This document shows positions 15,225 to 15,397 of a stretch of DNA of 15,397 nt, in pieces. Made by a program: the position numbers and the translations under genes. The stretch spans positions 9,386 to 24,782 of the forward strand of contig JAYNIA010000038.1 in assembly GCA_038108555.1 (NCBI GenBank), in the 5' to 3' direction. The DNA comes from Nitrospinota bacterium. GTDB taxonomy: Bacteria; Nitrospinota; Nitrospinia; Nitrospinales; VA-1. The notes beneath the pieces were generated by a model. The model was not told the origin of the DNA and searched no databases. It was given only the letters and a program-made list of their open reading frames with translations. Within the stretch, counting starts at the first letter, position 1. Each line of letters opens with the position of its first letter.

Positions 15225-15397
15225 GTGGTCCGATTAACCCTGCTAATCTTTTTCCTGTCAGTTTCTTCTTCGTATGCTCTTGATTGTGAAAAGAAGAAAG
15301 AAGAACCACAGAAAATTACACAGGAAAAGGCAGAGGGAGAAGAGGATAAGAGCGACAACTTTTTCACCCTCGTTTTTGAAAACGACTCCATCGGTGG
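15225..15397 (+). CDS. 5' partial gene, probable lipid A deacylase LpxR (DUF2219) family outer-membrane protein
   Basis: Not in the ORF track. AGGAG (15214-15218) and GTG 15225; MVRLTLLIFFLSVSSSYA (signal peptide) LDCEKK...NFFTLVFENDSIG, open to the window edge; a beta-strand followed by END is the typical LpxR-family N-terminal motif. Confidence 0.7.
   Translation, partial: MVRLTLLIFFLSVSSSYALDCEKKKEEPQKITQEKAEGEEDKSDNFFTLVFENDSIG

Noticed and set aside
14808..15391. Minus-strand ORFs 14808-15206 and 15209-15391
   Set aside because: They run across repeat remnants and are antisense to better-supported plus-strand genes.

Overview
Bacterial chromosomal window of mostly housekeeping genes, moderately AT-rich. 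The gene mix suggests a Gram-negative organism, possibly Nitrospinota or Deltaproteobacteria-like; this is inference only. Plus strand: GT2 LPS glycosyltransferase, then a tight site-2 protease-trpS-ileS-lspA-hypothetical operon. Next come an ABM-family protein, a cold-shock protein, a DJ-1/PfpI-like protein, yajQ, gdhA, a hypothetical, a YdcZ-type DMT transporter, initiator tRNA-fMet, a YfhL/Alvin-type 2[4Fe-4S] ferredoxin, an orphan family-5 solute-binding protein, a Sel1-repeat protein, a small Cys-rich protein, and the 5' end of a probable LpxR-family gene that the ORF track missed. The most unusual feature is the mostly non-coding 903-1316 stretch, a nested 'Russian-doll' composite of three unrelated families of short palindromic, REP/MITE-like elements. 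An outer inverted repeat with 10-bp periodicity encloses the others and also supplies the glycosyltransferase stop codon. No cognate nuclease or transposase gene is present. Protein-level oddities: TrpRS carries a [4Fe-4S]-type Cys motif, the DJ-1 homolog lacks both canonical catalytic residues, and the solute-binding protein has an insertion of about 120 aa.
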